Assembly: GCA_964291295.2 (NCBI GenBank) | Contig: OZ219754.1 | Coordinates: 3,168,001-3,232,000 of the forward strand | Length of the DNA: 64,000 bases | From: an uncultured Candidatus Binatia bacterium | Lineage (GTDB): Bacteria > Desulfobacterota > Binatia > UBA9968 > JAJDTQ01 | Direction of reading: 5' to 3' | Shown here: positions 1 to 11,073 of the stretch, piece after piece | Numbering within the stretch: position 1 is the first letter of the stretch | Layout of the letters: the number at the start of each line of letters is the position of its first letter | Translations under genes and position numbers: made by a program | The notes under the pieces: generated by a model | What the model was told of the DNA's origin: nothing | Database searches by the model: none | Seen by the model: the letters and a program-made list of their open reading frames with translations, nothing else

Positions 1-272
1 GCTGGCAACCAGAGACTCCGGTGCGATCAAGTCCTTCTTCAATCCGGCCGTTGTCGGCGTACCGCGCAACTCTCCACAACGCGGCCCGTCCGACAAGAAC
101 CCGGACGACCCCTCAAGGGGTGGGGGCGACCCGGGCTCCAAACTCCACGGGCGCACCCGCTTGCCGCTTGATTGGAACTCGTTTCGTGCTCATCCGTCGA
201 GTACCCGCCGCCACCCCCGATCGCGGCCATCCTGCGGGTCGTCCCAAGTCATGGCACCTGAAATCCTGGTCG

Positions 273-866
273 TCACCCTTGTCGCCGGTACCGGTCATCG
301 TACCGATCATCGTCATCGTACCGGTCATCATCGTACCGGTCATCATCGTAACAGTCGTCATCGTAACGGTCGTCGTCGTCGTACCGATCATCATCGTAAC
401 AGTCGTCATCGTAACGGTCGTCGCGCACCCGCACGTTGAAGACCTGATCGGTCGAGAGGCCGCCCGGATCGCGGGCCGTTACACGTATCGAAGCCGCCCC
501 TTCGTCAAGCGCCCGGATGGTCAGCCTGCTTCCGGAAACCGTGACTCTTGCCACACCAGCCTGAGACGTCCGGGCGCTGTATGCCAGGGTCTCGCCGTCC
601 GGATCGGAAAAATGGCGGGACAGATCGACGTCCACGCTGCGCCCCTCGCTCACGGTCTGTTGAAGTACCCGCCGCACAACCTGCGGCGCTTGTCCATCCT
701 GACGTGCCGGTTCGTCCGGGCGCGGTTGGAGTGGAGTAATCACCATCTGGTCCTTCAGGCGTCGTGCCTCACCGCCGCCGTCACCACCACCGCCACACGA
801 CGACAGGCCGGCGCACAGGATGGCCATCTGGAGAACGAACACGATCCCGATAGTTCGAGAAAACAT
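273..866 (-). CDS. Putative lipoprotein with cadherin/Ig-like domain and C-terminal Asp-rich (DDRYD/DDCYD) repeat tail
   Basis: Hydrophobic N-terminus ending in lipobox-like LSSC followed by GGGG; 'VDLSRHFSDPDGETLAYSA...VTARDPGGLS' is cadherin-like; tail of D-D-R/C-Y-D units. Confidence 0.75.
   Translation of the reverse strand: MFSRTIGIVFVLQMAILCAGLSSCGGGGDGGGEARRLKDQMVITPLQPRPDEPARQDGQAPQVVRRVLQQTVSEGRSVDVDLSRHFSDPDGETLAYSARTSQAGVARVTVSGSRLTIRALDEGAASIRVTARDPGGLSTDQVFNVRVRDDRYDDDCYDDDRYDDDDRYDDDCYDDDRYDDDRYDDDDRYDDRYRRQG
288..423. repeat. Coding tandem repeat of 12-18 bp units (gtaccggtcatcatc / gtaacagtcgtcatc variants)
   Basis: About nine imperfect units read directly from the sequence; encode the DDRYD tail on the minus strand. 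Confidence 0.9.
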
Positions 867-902
867 GACAACCTCCTCATTTCGGCCGGCGTTTCCATCC
901 GG

Positions 903-2276
903 CTACGCCGCGATCGACACCGTGGCACCCAGACTCCGATTCCGCGTCATGCGGTGGTTTCGCAGAAGGGGGACCGATACCGTACTGCGGGTCGAACCCT
1001 GCCGGATCGTCGTTTCCACGGGCTGGTCCACGAAGTCTTCGCCCGGGACCGCGGGATTCTCGCCGCTTCCCGGCACGAGCCGCACCACAATCCTCATGTC
1101 TTGTGGTGCGGCAGCCGCAAGCGTCACTTCCAGCCGGACCGTGTCGCCGCTGCGTGCCGTGTTCTGCAGGAAACGGACCCGTGCTTGCCTCGCCAGGTCA
1201 GCGACGGCGTCACGCCGGGCCACCCGGATGGGACCGATGTCGCCCGCCGGGCGCCACAGGTCTTCGGGGCCAGGAGGAGAGGGGTCGGCAGCAACGCCCA
1301 GACCCTGCCAGGCGGGCCTCGACCGGGCACCGAGGGGCAACTTCAGGGCGACATGAAAGATCGCGTTGCTCGTGCCCCGGCCGAAGCCGTCGTAACCCGC
1401 GGCGAACTTGAGCCACGGATGCGGCTGCCAGCCGAAGTCCATGCGCGCGCCCGTATCCCAACGACGGGAACCGTCCTCCGCCCTCCAGCGATAGCCGGTC
1501 GCGTCCAGACGAAGCGTCGTCGTCAGGTCGAAGCGCATCCCGACCTCAAGACCCGCCAGGGCGCGTTCCTGCCGGCCCGAACCGCCCGGACGCCAACCGG
1601 TGGTGGGCAGATGATATCTCAGGGAGCCCACACCCCAGCGTCCGGCATAGTCCAACCCGGACATCACCACCCTGTGTCCACGTTCGGTGTTCAGGAGGTG
1701 AAACACCGAGACTCCGAACATTCCGGCGGTCGAAGTCCGAAAACGCCGAACCACGCCATGCCGCAGGTCGTTCCGGAACAGGCCGGAGCCGTTCTCGTCC
1801 CAGGAGCGGGTCAGACCTTGCTGAAAGAAGAGCGCGGACCCCTCCTGGCCACCGGAAGGCTGGCGGCCGGAAGGAACTCCCGCGCCGGCGAAGGGAAGTA
1901 CCATGTCGACGTCGCCGTAAAGCGCCACCCCATCCGAGAACGGCGCCGGGTTCCACCGACCCACGGCCTGGAAATGTCGTCCGAACGCCGTCTTTCCGTA
2001 CGCGTCCGCGACGCGCAGGCCCTCCTGCAACATCAGCCCGAGACCGTTGGCCCACAGGCACCGGGCACCCTCCGGGGCCGAACCTTCCAGCGGCGCCTCG
2101 CAACCCGCCGCATGGGTCCTGTACCGCTCCCACAGCCCCCTTTCGGACTCCGCCCATGCGGTGGTGAAGAGCAGCAGCACCACGATCATCGGCGCCACCG
2201 CCGGCACGATGCGGAAACGGGCACGGAAAGGCACGTGGTTGCGTCCAGCCGGGGCATTCCGTCTGATCTGTTCCAT
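903..2276 (-). CDS. Inverse-autotransporter (intimin/invasin-type) beta-domain protein with C-terminal Calx-beta-like domain
   Basis: Signal-like segment; 'FGVSVF...GHRVVMSGLDY...YHLPTTGW...ERALAGLEV' resembles the invasin beta-barrel; 'AVPGEDF...TIRQGSTRSTVSVPLL' resembles Calx-beta. Confidence 0.6.
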   Translation of the reverse strand: MEQIRRNAPAGRNHVPFRARFRIVPAVAPMIVVLLLFTTAWAESERGLWERYRTHAAGCEAPLEGSAPEGARCLWANGLGLMLQEGLRVADAYGKTAFGRHFQAVGRWNPAPFSDGVALYGDVDMVLPFAGAGVPSGRQPSGGQEGSALFFQQGLTRSWDENGSGLFRNDLRHGVVRRFRTSTAGMFGVSVFHLLNTERGHRVVMSGLDYAGRWGVGSLRYHLPTTGWRPGGSGRQERALAGLEVGMRFDLTTTLRLDATGYRWRAEDGSRRWDTGARMDFGWQPHPWLKFAAGYDGFGRGTSNAIFHVALKLPLGARSRPAWQGLGVAADPSPPGPEDLWRPAGDIGPIRVARRDAVADLARQARVRFLQNTARSGDTVRLEVTLAAAAPQDMRIVVRLVPGSGENPAVPGEDFVDQPVETTIRQGSTRSTVSVPLLRNHRMTRNRSLGATVSIAA

Positions 2277-2419
2277 AAGCTTCCCTCCTCTGAATTTTGT
2301 CGTACCACTCGCGGCACCGCATGGTTGGCGCAGGCGCCGTTCGATTCACCGTCGATTCTGGGCCCTTCCGTCACGGCTGACCAGATGTGGTTCGTTGAAG
2401 AAACAAGGGCCTGGAACGA

Positions 2420-2448
2420 TTGACATAAGCGGTTTACGAGTGTGATAT
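2420..2448 (+). promoter_or_regulatory. Candidate sigma70 promoter upstream of the LuxR gene
   Basis: TTGACA, 17 bp spacer, weak -10 TGATAT. Confidence 0.3.
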
Positions 2449-2652
2449 CCGTCTGGAGCGGTGCGCCGCGGCAACGCCCCGGCGGCCGGACGCACCTTCA
2501 CGGATTGCCAATGGGACGCGACGCATGCCCTTTGAAACCGCACGCGATGTAGTGGCAGGGTGAGTCGAGACGGGCCAAACGGCTCAAGCGGTTCCACCAG
2601 CCAGGCGAGACCACTGTTGACCAACCCGTTCAAGGAAATCCCGACGAGGCGG

Positions 2653-3264
2653 ATGCTGGCGCTGACGATGCTGGCATTGACGGTGGCGTTCTTCGCCTAC
2701 GACCTCGTCGTCGATGCCCTCTTCGAGAACGAATTCGGCTCATGGCATTTCATCATCGAAGCTGTCGTCTTTGTTGCCGTTTCGTGGACGCTCGTCGTCA
2801 ATCTGAAGGATCTTGCCGGTTTGCGCACACGTCTGGAGGAGGAGCGGAGCCGGAACAGGGTGCTCGCGGGGAAGCTGGCCGATGGCATCAATGCACAGTT
2901 GGACGACTGGCGCCTCACCCGCAGCGAAAAGGAAGTCGCGTGGCTGATCATCAAGGGTTTCCGCTTTGCCGAAATCGCCGGTCTGCGAGGCGTCAAGGAG
3001 AACACCACCCGGCTGCAGGCGAGCGGTCTTTACACGAAGGCCGGGGTAAGCGGGCGAGCGGAGTTTGTCGCCGAGGTCGTCCACCAGTTGCTCATGCCCG
3101 TTACGGAAGAGACGTCGTTCTCCGGCAATGCCGCCCCGCCTGACGCCAGCGCCTCGGGAACGGACGCCGCGCCGATAGCGGCGGCGGCATCACCTGTTGG
3201 CGGCCTCAAGATGGATCGACCGGAAGAAGGCGCAAGAGCCGTGCGCAAGACAACACGTCACTGA
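2653..3264 (+). CDS. LuxR-family HTH regulator with two N-terminal transmembrane segments
   Basis: 'LTRSEKEVAWLIIKGFRFAEIAGLRGVKENTTRLQASGLYTKAGVSGR' HTH; hydrophobic N-terminus; start uncertain (ORF opens at 2560). Confidence 0.85.
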   Translation: MLALTMLALTVAFFAYDLVVDALFENEFGSWHFIIEAVVFVAVSWTLVVNLKDLAGLRTRLEEERSRNRVLAGKLADGINAQLDDWRLTRSEKEVAWLIIKGFRFAEIAGLRGVKENTTRLQASGLYTKAGVSGRAEFVAEVVHQLLMPVTEETSFSGNAAPPDASASGTDAAPIAAAASPVGGLKMDRPEEGARAVRKTTRH

Positions 3265-3953
3265 CCGCCGGGGTGCCGACCGGGCGCATCTGCCGTCACC
3301 TCGACCTCGATGAGCTTCCCGGCGGCGGAGTAGCCTTCCACGAAAGAGCACGCGGTGTATTCGGCGGGCACCTGTGCGGCGGCGTGAAACGCCCGCCTCA
3401 ACGCCGCCATGTCCGCCTCGTGATGCAGGAAGAACGACACTTTCACCACCTGCTCCCATGAGGTGCCGGCGTGCTCCAGGGAAGCGCCGATGAGGCCGCA
3501 TATCTCGCGTGTCTGCTGCGGCAGGTCCCCGGTGGTGGCGGTGACCCCCGAGAGGAAGATCCGTCCCTCCAGGTCGAGATAGCGCAACGGCACGAGGGGC
3601 GGATCGTATTCCACCCGCTTCTTCGCCGCGCCGGAGCGCATGGCGAGCAGGTCCAGCGCCACCCGGGCATCGGAGTCGAGGTGCGCCGGATGGATATAGC
3701 TGGAGCTGGCTGAACGCGCCCCGCCGCTCATGCGCCGGGAGCGCGCCCGGCTCCCGAGGTTGCGGCTTTCGCGATCCCGCGCCCAAAGGCGCGTCCGCAC
3801 CGTGTTGTCCAGGGAAAAGCCGAGTCTGCCGATGGCGGCCGCGACGCGGTCAAGGATTCCGTCCACTCCCGCGTCGCCTGCGACCCCGGCGGCGCCCTCG
3901 CAGGAGACCGCGACGCATTCGCGGCCGAGCCACTCGAAGGACTTCACGCGCAT
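3258..3953 (-). CDS. RidA/YjgF/UK114-family protein, two tandem domains
   Basis: 'LEHAGTSWEQVVKVSFFL...KLIEVEVTA' and an N-terminal copy 'GFSLDNTVRTRLW'; ATG at 3953 within the longer 3258..5132 ORF. Confidence 0.75.
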   Translation of the reverse strand: MRVKSFEWLGRECVAVSCEGAAGVAGDAGVDGILDRVAAAIGRLGFSLDNTVRTRLWARDRESRNLGSRARSRRMSGGARSASSSYIHPAHLDSDARVALDLLAMRSGAAKKRVEYDPPLVPLRYLDLEGRIFLSGVTATTGDLPQQTREICGLIGASLEHAGTSWEQVVKVSFFLHHEADMAALRRAFHAAAQVPAEYTACSFVEGYSAAGKLIEVEVTADAPGRHPGGQ

Positions 3954-3973
3954 GGCGTCACGCGGGCCGCCGG

Positions 3974-4825
3974 TCAGGATGCCGGGGCACCGAAGAAAGC
4001 CAGCGTGCGCACCTCGATGCTCTCCCGCGCCGGCGCGTCCGGCGGCGCCGTGGGATCGTCGAAGGACGTATGGGCGGTAAAGCGCGCACGCCCGTCCTTC
4101 TCCGAGTCGAACACCTTGAAGACCATCGCCTCGTTGCGGGCCATGGCGGGAAAGTAGAACCAGCGGTGCTCCGGGCTGTACTTGATCTGATAGGTCTCGC
4201 CGATGCGCCCCGGGTAGCTGCGCTGGGACGGGATCAATTCCTCGGTGCGCAGACTGCGGGCGTCGGCGATGGCCAGCGGATTGGTGCGCACCGGATTGCG
4301 CGTGGGGCGCCACACCTGGATGATGGCGAAGCGTCCCTGAAGCAGCCTCTCGGCTTCGTCCTCGGGCAGAAGATCCCGCACCCGCTTGGGCGCCGACCAC
4401 TCGGTGTAATCGTTGTGCACCGAGCGATTGGGCTCCCGCACCTTGCGTGCGGCGCGGATGCCGTCGTCCTGTGCCCGGAGCGTGTGGTCGAAGATGACCA
4501 CCCGGGAAGCGCCGCTCTCGCGCTTCACCAGCGCGTCGACCTCCGGATAGTAGACGGAGCGGACCTGCGCCTCGTCGTAGAAATCCGCCACCCCGGTGTC
4601 GTGCCTCACCAGGACGAACCCTTCGCGCTCCAGCGAGAATCCGCCGGCCGCGGAGCGCCCGTTGTAAATCGTGGTCCGGCGCGGCTCCTGCTTGCCGGTG
4701 CGCAGCACCGGCGTGCTGCCGGGCTCGGCCGTGTGGGTGATGGGCTTCGTTCCCGTGTCCACCGCGTAGTTGAGGACCGCTTCCACCGAATCCGGACGGG
4801 ATTCGACCGCCTCCGTCCGACTCAT
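3974..4825 (-). CDS. CmcJ/NvfI-family oxidoreductase
   Basis: 'FSLEREGF', 'VIFDHTLR', 'VHNDYT', 'QVWRP', 'HTSF', 'RESIEVR' motifs. Confidence 0.8.
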   Translation of the reverse strand: MSRTEAVESRPDSVEAVLNYAVDTGTKPITHTAEPGSTPVLRTGKQEPRRTTIYNGRSAAGGFSLEREGFVLVRHDTGVADFYDEAQVRSVYYPEVDALVKRESGASRVVIFDHTLRAQDDGIRAARKVREPNRSVHNDYTEWSAPKRVRDLLPEDEAERLLQGRFAIIQVWRPTRNPVRTNPLAIADARSLRTEELIPSQRSYPGRIGETYQIKYSPEHRWFYFPAMARNEAMVFKVFDSEKDGRARFTAHTSFDDPTAPPDAPARESIEVRTLAFFGAPAS

Positions 4826-5594
4826 CGCGCACCTCCCTTTCGCGCACATGCTCGTCCCGACCTCGTCCCGGCACGGAATCTGCGGCGGAGGGTATCAGCC
4901 CGGTGCATCTTCGACAACCGGGGCGGCGGGGGCGTGCCGGACAATCCCGCGCTGTGGAATTGCAGATGAACCAAACGGGGTGTTGACAGGAGACTTCGAT
5001 GGTCGTTGGGGCTGACCGAGCGACAACGGCGCGAGAGTGTGCAGGTGAGTGGGGTGTGAAAACCGACGCGCCGAAAGGCGTTCCAATCGCGTTTTCTGAC
5101 TGCTCAACCGTCGGGCGATGTGCCATCGGCATTCAGCCCGAGCGGCGCTTGAGCGACTGCGCACTTGCGGAGACCGTCCCCGAACGAAAGCGCGGCTTCC
5201 GAACCGGATTATAGGAAGCACGAGGGAACAATTCAATGCGCGAAGTCCCGTTCAGCGGCAGCGTCATTCGCTTGGCCCGTACCGTTGGCGGCGGCGCGGG
5301 TTCGACCGGTCCAACCGGCATACGGTCGCCGTTACATGGCCGCCGTCAGCGGCGAACCGTGTCGTGCGCATGTCGCTGCACGGTCACTTCGATGCGGCGG
5401 GCACGACGATGCAGGCTGGAGCGCAGACTCGACAGCGGCCCGACCCGCGTGAACTACCGGGCCGCCAGCAATCAAGGCCGGGACCTGCCGCATTCGCGTC
5501 CGCAGCCGGCGGGTGTGCTATGCCGGCCGCGTGAGCGGCATCTCATTGTCGGTAGTGGTCGCATGTCGCTCCGTCGTCGGCGACAACAGACAGC

Positions 5595-8500
5595 ATGGCA
5601 GAAACAAACAAGAAACTGACGGCGGCAACGGAAACATGCTTCGCTGATCTCGGTCGGGTGTACGCCTCGGGCGGCGCAACCGGGGAGCGGTCGAGCCATG
5701 GCCCGCTCGCCAACTTGATCAATGCCGTCGGCGCTACCCTCAAGCCGAAGGTGTTCTGCGTCGGCGAGCTTGCCGACCAAGGCGCGGGCCATCCGGACTT
5801 CGGCCTTTATGCGGCGAAACAGGTACAGCGGGGCCGGCCTCGCGAAGGCCAGATACCGGAGTGCGGCGTCGTCGAGGTGAAACCGCTCGCAGACGATGCG
5901 TGGCTCAGGGCGGCGGGAGATCAGGTCAGCCGCTACTGGGAGCGCTATCGGCTGGTGCTCGTGACCAACACGCGCGATTTCGTGCTGGTGGGCGAGGACG
6001 CGGCGGGCCGCCCGACGAAGCTCGAAACCTTCCGGCTTGCGGACAGCGCGGACGACTTCCGGCATCAACTGAAAAAGCCCCGCGCATTTGCCCGCGTGGC
6101 CGGTGCGGGCGTCGGCGAATATCTCGCCCGCACATTGTCACACCGGGCGGAGCCGAAGGATCTTGCGTGGCTGCTCGCCTCATATGCCCGCGATGGGCTG
6201 GCGCGGGTCGAGGCGGCGGGCGATGCGCCGTCGCTTGCAACGGTGCGGTGCGCGCTGGAAGACGCCTTGGGCGTGCGCTTCGAGGGCGCGCGCGGCGCGC
6301 GCTTCTTCCATTCGACGCTTGTGCAGACGCTGTTCTACGGCGTCTTCTCCGCGTGGGTCCTGTGGGCGCGGCAGATCCCGCCGCCGTCGGGAAACTTCGA
6401 TTGGCGCACCGCTGTCTGGCACCTGCGGGTGCCCGTACTCGCGGCGCTGTTTCAGCAGCTATCGCAGCCGGGACGGCTGCAACCGCTCGGACTCGTCGAA
6501 GTGCTCGACTGGACGGTCGCCGCGCTCGACCGGGTTGATCGGGAGACGTTCTTCTCGCGGTTCAACGAAGGCGAGGCGGTTCCCTATTTCTACGAGCCGT
6601 TTCTGGAAGCCTTCGATCCCGGACTGCGCAAACAGCTCGGGGTCTGGTACACGCCGGCGGAAGTGGTCCGCTACATAACAGGCGGCGACCGAACGGGTCT
6701 TCGGCTTCGAGATCATGCCCGCGCCTTTTGTCGTCGCGCATCTCCAGGTCGGTTTGACGATGCAGGAGCTCGACGCGCCGCTCGCCGAGGACGAGAGCGA
6801 GCGGGCGCAAGTATTCCTGACCAATGCGCTGACGGGGTGGGAGCCGACGGACAGGGAGAAGCAAGTGGTTGCTTTCCCGGAACTGGAGGAAGAGCGCGAC
6901 CGGGCGGAGCGCGTGAAGCGCGATACGCCGATCCTCGTCATCCTCGGCAATCCGCCCTATAACGCTTATGCTGGCGTGGCGATCGACGAAGAACGCGAGC
7001 TTTTCGAGGCCTATCGCAAGACACGTAAGGTGCAGCTTCACGAAAGCAAGGGGTTGGTCGATCTCTACGTCCGTTTCTTTCGGATGGCTGAGCGGCGCAT
7101 CACGGAGAAGACCGGGCAAGGCGTCGTTTGCTTCATTTCCAACTATTCCTGGCTTGACGGGTTGTCCTTTGCAGGCATGCGCGAGCGATCCCTTGAGGCA
7201 TTTGACGCTATCCGGATCGACTGTCTGAACGGCGACAAGTACAGGACCGGCAAGGTCGCGCCGGACGGCACGCCCGACCCCAGCATTTTCTCGACCGAGG
7301 GCGATCCGGTCGGCATCCAGGTAGGGACCGCCATCGCGACGCTGGTGCGCAAGGTAGAGCATGCACCGGCGGAGGCGGTCGAATTCCGGCATTTGTGGGG
7401 ACAGGCGAAACCGGCCGAGCTGATCGAGACGGCGGAGGCGGCGCCGAATGCGCTTTATGAAGGGATCGAGCCCATCCTGCCGCTCGGACTGCCCTTCGTG
7501 CGGACCGCGGTGAGCGAAGACTGGTTTAACTGGCCAACGCTTCGCGATCTTTTCCCAGTTTCGTTTCCAGGAGCAAAGACTAACCGGGATTCGTTTCTAG
7601 TCGACATCGACCTTGATCGCCTGAGAAAACGTATAGCCGAATACTTCGACAAGAATATAAGTCATGACGATCTTGAGCGCCGTTATCCAGTGATAATGAA
7701 GACGGCAAAACATTTCGATGGCATCTCAATCAGGGAATTTCTTCTTGAGCGAGGCGGACCAGATGAAGAGGGCTTTATTCGCTTCGCATATCGCCCGTTT
7801 GACAACCGCTGGCTCTACTGGGAAGCGGAAACCAAGCTACTCAACGACCGACGTGCTGAGTACAGACCACACGTATTCGACGGCAACATGTGGCTATCCG
7901 CAGCGCAACATCTTCGAAAAAGTGCCGAAGAGCCGCAAGCATGTCTGGCACGGCATCTGGCTTGTCTCCATCTGATCGAGCGGACGGCCCTTGTGTTCCC
8001 CGCTTGGCTCCGCGATGACGGCATTCAGGATGACGGCCTACTTGGGCGCCGCGCCAACCTGACCGCCGCCGCGCAACGCTACCTCGACCGTCTCGGCCTT
8101 GGCGTCGAGGACCTGTTTCACCACGTCCTCGCCACGCTGCACGATCCGGCCTACCGTGAGGCCAACGCTGGGGCATTGCGCATGGAGTGGCCGCGCCTCC
8201 CGCTGCCGGGCTGGCCGGACGGCGGGGACGCGGCGGAGGAACTCGCCCGGTCCGCGGCGCGGGGGCGCGAGTTGGCCGCGTTGCTTGATCCCGACACCCC
8301 GGTTCCTGGCGTGACCCGGGCACCGCTGAGGCCCGGGATCGCCGCCATCGCTGCCCCGCCACCGCCGGCGGGCGCAATATGGCAGGCGATGACTTCGCGG
8401 TGTCCGCTGGCTGGGGCCATTCCGGCCAGGGCGACGCCGTGATGCCGGGCCAGGGCCGCGCCATCGAACGCGCCTTCACCCCTACCGAACGCGCCGTCAT

Positions 8501-8774
8501 GGGCGGCGCCCTGCCCACCCTCGGCGACACGACCTTCAACATCTACCTTAACGGCGAGGCGTTCTGGCGCAACGTCCCCGCCGCCGTGTGGACCTACCGC
8601 CTGGGCGGCTACCAAGTGATCAAGAAATGGCTGTCTTACCGCGAATGCCCCGTCCTCGGCCGCCCCCTGTTGCCCGGGGAAGTGCAGCACTTTGCCGATA
8701 CCGCGCGGCGGATCGCTTCGATCCTGCTGCTTGCAGGGGCCGGCCGCGGGCAATCCGACCCCGGCGAACCGTGA
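5595..8774 (+). pseudogene. Type IIG/ISP-like restriction-modification enzyme (nuclease, N6-adenine MTase, type ISP-like specificity region), disrupted
   Basis: PD..EVK nuclease motif, 'YFYEPFL...GVWYTP', 'GNPPY'; frame break near 6680 with no motif I (DPxxGTG) present before 'VFGFEIMP'; second frameshift at C-run 8354-8357; three ORF pieces 5595..6962, 6715..8442, 8379..8774. Confidence 0.85.
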
Positions 8775-8784
8775 GCCCATCGCG

Positions 8785-9279
8785 ATGCGACCCACAACGT
8801 ATATCGAGACATCGGTCGTGAGCTACCTGATCGCACGACCGTCGCGGGATATGGTCATCGCGGCATATCAGGAGATCACCAGGGAGGGGTGGCGCGACGC
8901 TCCTGACCGGTTCGACCTTGTTGCGTCAGCCCTTGTCGTCGCGGAAGCCGGAGCGGGCGACCCTGAGGCTGCGCGCAGCCGGCTGGAGGCGCTCGAATCT
9001 GTCGTGTTTCTCGATGCGGCACCGGAGGCGGAGAATCTCGCGCATTCCCTTGTCGAAGCCGGCGCTGTTCCACGGCAGGCCGCGGACGATGCGGCACATA
9101 TCGCCATCGCTGCTGCCAATGGCATCGATTTTCTGGTGACATGGAACTTCCGGCATATTGCCAATGCCGCAATGCGCGCCAGGATCGAACAGGTTTGCCG
9201 GGGGGCAAGTTGCGAACCGCCGGTGATCTGCACGCCGAACGAACTGATGGAGACAAACCATGAGAAAGACCCCGACTGA
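8785..9279 (+). CDS. PIN-domain (VapC-like) toxin
   Basis: 'YIETSVVSYL', 'DAAHIAIA', 'FLVTWNFRHIAN', 'ICTPNEL'. Confidence 0.85.
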   Translation: MRPTTYIETSVVSYLIARPSRDMVIAAYQEITREGWRDAPDRFDLVASALVVAEAGAGDPEAARSRLEALESVVFLDAAPEAENLAHSLVEAGAVPRQAADDAAHIAIAAANGIDFLVTWNFRHIANAAMRARIEQVCRGASCEPPVICTPNELMETNHEKDPD

Positions 9280-9475
9280 TCCGATCATTTCCGAAGTGTG
9301 GGCGATACGGGATGCGCATGCGGCCCGCTTCGACCATGATGTGGCGGCCATCTTTCAGGACATCTGGACAATGCAGAAAAAGTCCGGCCGGGAGTATGTC
9401 CGCCTTCCTGCGCGTCCGGTTGTTGCCTCAGGCACCGGGCATGATCCGGGCAGCGAGATGATTGGCCCGCGTTGA
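9260..9475 (+). CDS. Small protein, probable partner/antitoxin of the PIN toxin
   Basis: Overlaps toxin stop; 'DPIISEVWAIRDAHAARFDHDVAAIF' is typical of small genes downstream of this PIN subfamily. Confidence 0.6.
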   Translation: MRKTPTDPIISEVWAIRDAHAARFDHDVAAIFQDIWTMQKKSGREYVRLPARPVVASGTGHDPGSEMIGPR

Positions 9476-9601
9476 ACGGGTGGGGATTTCCAGAACTCCG
9501 GTGCGTCGCGCGCAAGGCGCTGGCACGGGTTATCGGCGATGAGGTGCTTTGGCGCCATTTTGGCAACAGGAAAGCGCTGAAAGAATTCCGGGAATTGCAG
9601 G

Positions 9602-10792
9602 TCAACGAGCAGCAGGAAATTTGGGGCGATCCTTTTGATCCGTTGTGACCATCGCCTGTGCGATGATGTTCCCCGACCCTCTCCGCCGCTTCGACGAGAT
9701 GGGTATCGTCGAGGTGGGCGTAGCCTGCCGTCGTACGATGACGTCGGTGGCCGAGCAACCTGCCGACCAGGGGCAAGGCCTCGCCGGACATGACGGCGTG
9801 GCTCGCCGCGGTGTGCCGAAGGTCATGCAGGCGGAGCCTGCCGAGCTTCGCATCCGCTCAGACCATTCGCCAACAGGTCGTGAGAATCCAGACACCCCGG
9901 CCTTCGGCATGGCGCGGGAACAGGCACGCGTCCGGGTCGCGGGGGCCGGGCAGCGCCTCGATGAGCGCACGCGCGGCTTCGCCGAGCGGCACGGCGCGCG
10001 GGCCGGTCTTGGAATCATCAAGGTTCAGGGCGTCCGCGCCAATGTTGCGCCAGCGCAGGTTGAGCACCTCGCTGCGGCGGCAGCCGGTGAGGGCGAGCAG
10101 ACGAACCGCGGCGACGGTCTCGGGCCATGGGGCTTCGTTGGCGTCGAGTGCGCGCCCGAGCCGGGCCAGCTCTTCCGCGTCGAGGAACCGGGCAATGTTG
10201 CGCCCTGGGTTCCTGCGGATACCGAGACAAGGGTTGGCGTCGCGCTCGCGCAATCCCCATTCCTCAGCCCGGAACATCATCGCACGCAGGATTTCGAGTG
10301 CACGGTTGGCCGCGCCGGGCCTATCCCTGCTCGCCGCGTCGAACCACGCGGCGACATCCTCGGGTCCGACACGGTCCACCGGCATCCTGCCGAAGGCGGG
10401 CAGGATGCCGGCCTTGAGGTAGATGCGCACGGTCTTGCGCCCGGTGGGCTTCCAGTACGGTTCGCAGCGCCGCAGATACTCGTCCGCGAACGCGCGCAGG
10501 GTCGGGGGCTCCTTCTCCCTGCGGATGTCGTCGGCGGGGTCCTCGCCTGCGCGGATGCGCGCGAGGTGGTCGCGGGCGCGGCGGCGGGCCTCGGCAAGCT
10601 CCATCTCGCCGTGCCGGGCGATGACGATGCCGCGGCTCCGTCCCTCGATGCGCGTCTGGATGATCCAGACCTTGCGGCCCGTCGGATGGATGCGCAGCCC
10701 GAAACCGGGCAGCGACCTGTCGAACAGGAACGTGTCCCTGGCCTGGGGCTTGCTCTGGCGGGCCAGGCGCGGGGTGAGGTGAGTGAGGTCAA
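9602..10792 (-). pseudogene. Tyrosine recombinase/integrase, frameshifted
   Basis: Arm-binding N-terminus, 'LLALTGCRRSEVLNLRW', 'DSKTG', 'LLGHRRHRTTAGYAH' distributed over three frames. Confidence 0.85.
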
Positions 10793-10945
10793 CGGTGGGC
10801 GGGACGGTGATGTACGTCAGCGCCGACGATCTTGTGGATGATGAGCGCGATGGCGATGTTCTTGCACCGCGCGTTGTTCTCGGGGGCGAAGCCTTTGCGC
10901 ACGAGGCAGTGGTCTTCTCGGTAGCTCATGCCTCCAAGACCATCC
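10783..10945 (-). mobile_element. ISAs1-family transposase C-terminal remnant
   Basis: Minus-strand translation 'SYREDHCLVRKGFAPENNARCKNIAIAL' matches the ISAs1 C-terminal pattern REDxxRxRxGxAPEN. Confidence 0.55.
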
Positions 10946-11073
10946 GACGCTGCGGAGAAAAGCCGGCCAGAATCACCGCCCGAATCGTCAAACAGATCAG
11001 CATCGGATGACCCCGTCTACGGCAATCCAGGAACACGGGCACCCGAACCGATACCGCGGTTACCGATAGACGA

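Noticed and set aside
288-423. Repeat as a possible CRISPR array
   Set aside because: Units are contiguous without unique spacers and encode an in-frame peptide repeat
21-2423. 800 aa plus-strand ORF and other long antisense ORFs (e.g. 32276..34717, 42138..43763)
   Set aside because: Shadow frames of clear opposite-strand genes in GC-rich DNA; no recognisable motifs
4860-5590. Possible ncRNA or IS end in the long intergenic region
   Set aside because: No terminal repeat partner, recognisable RNA motif or convincing ORF found by eye
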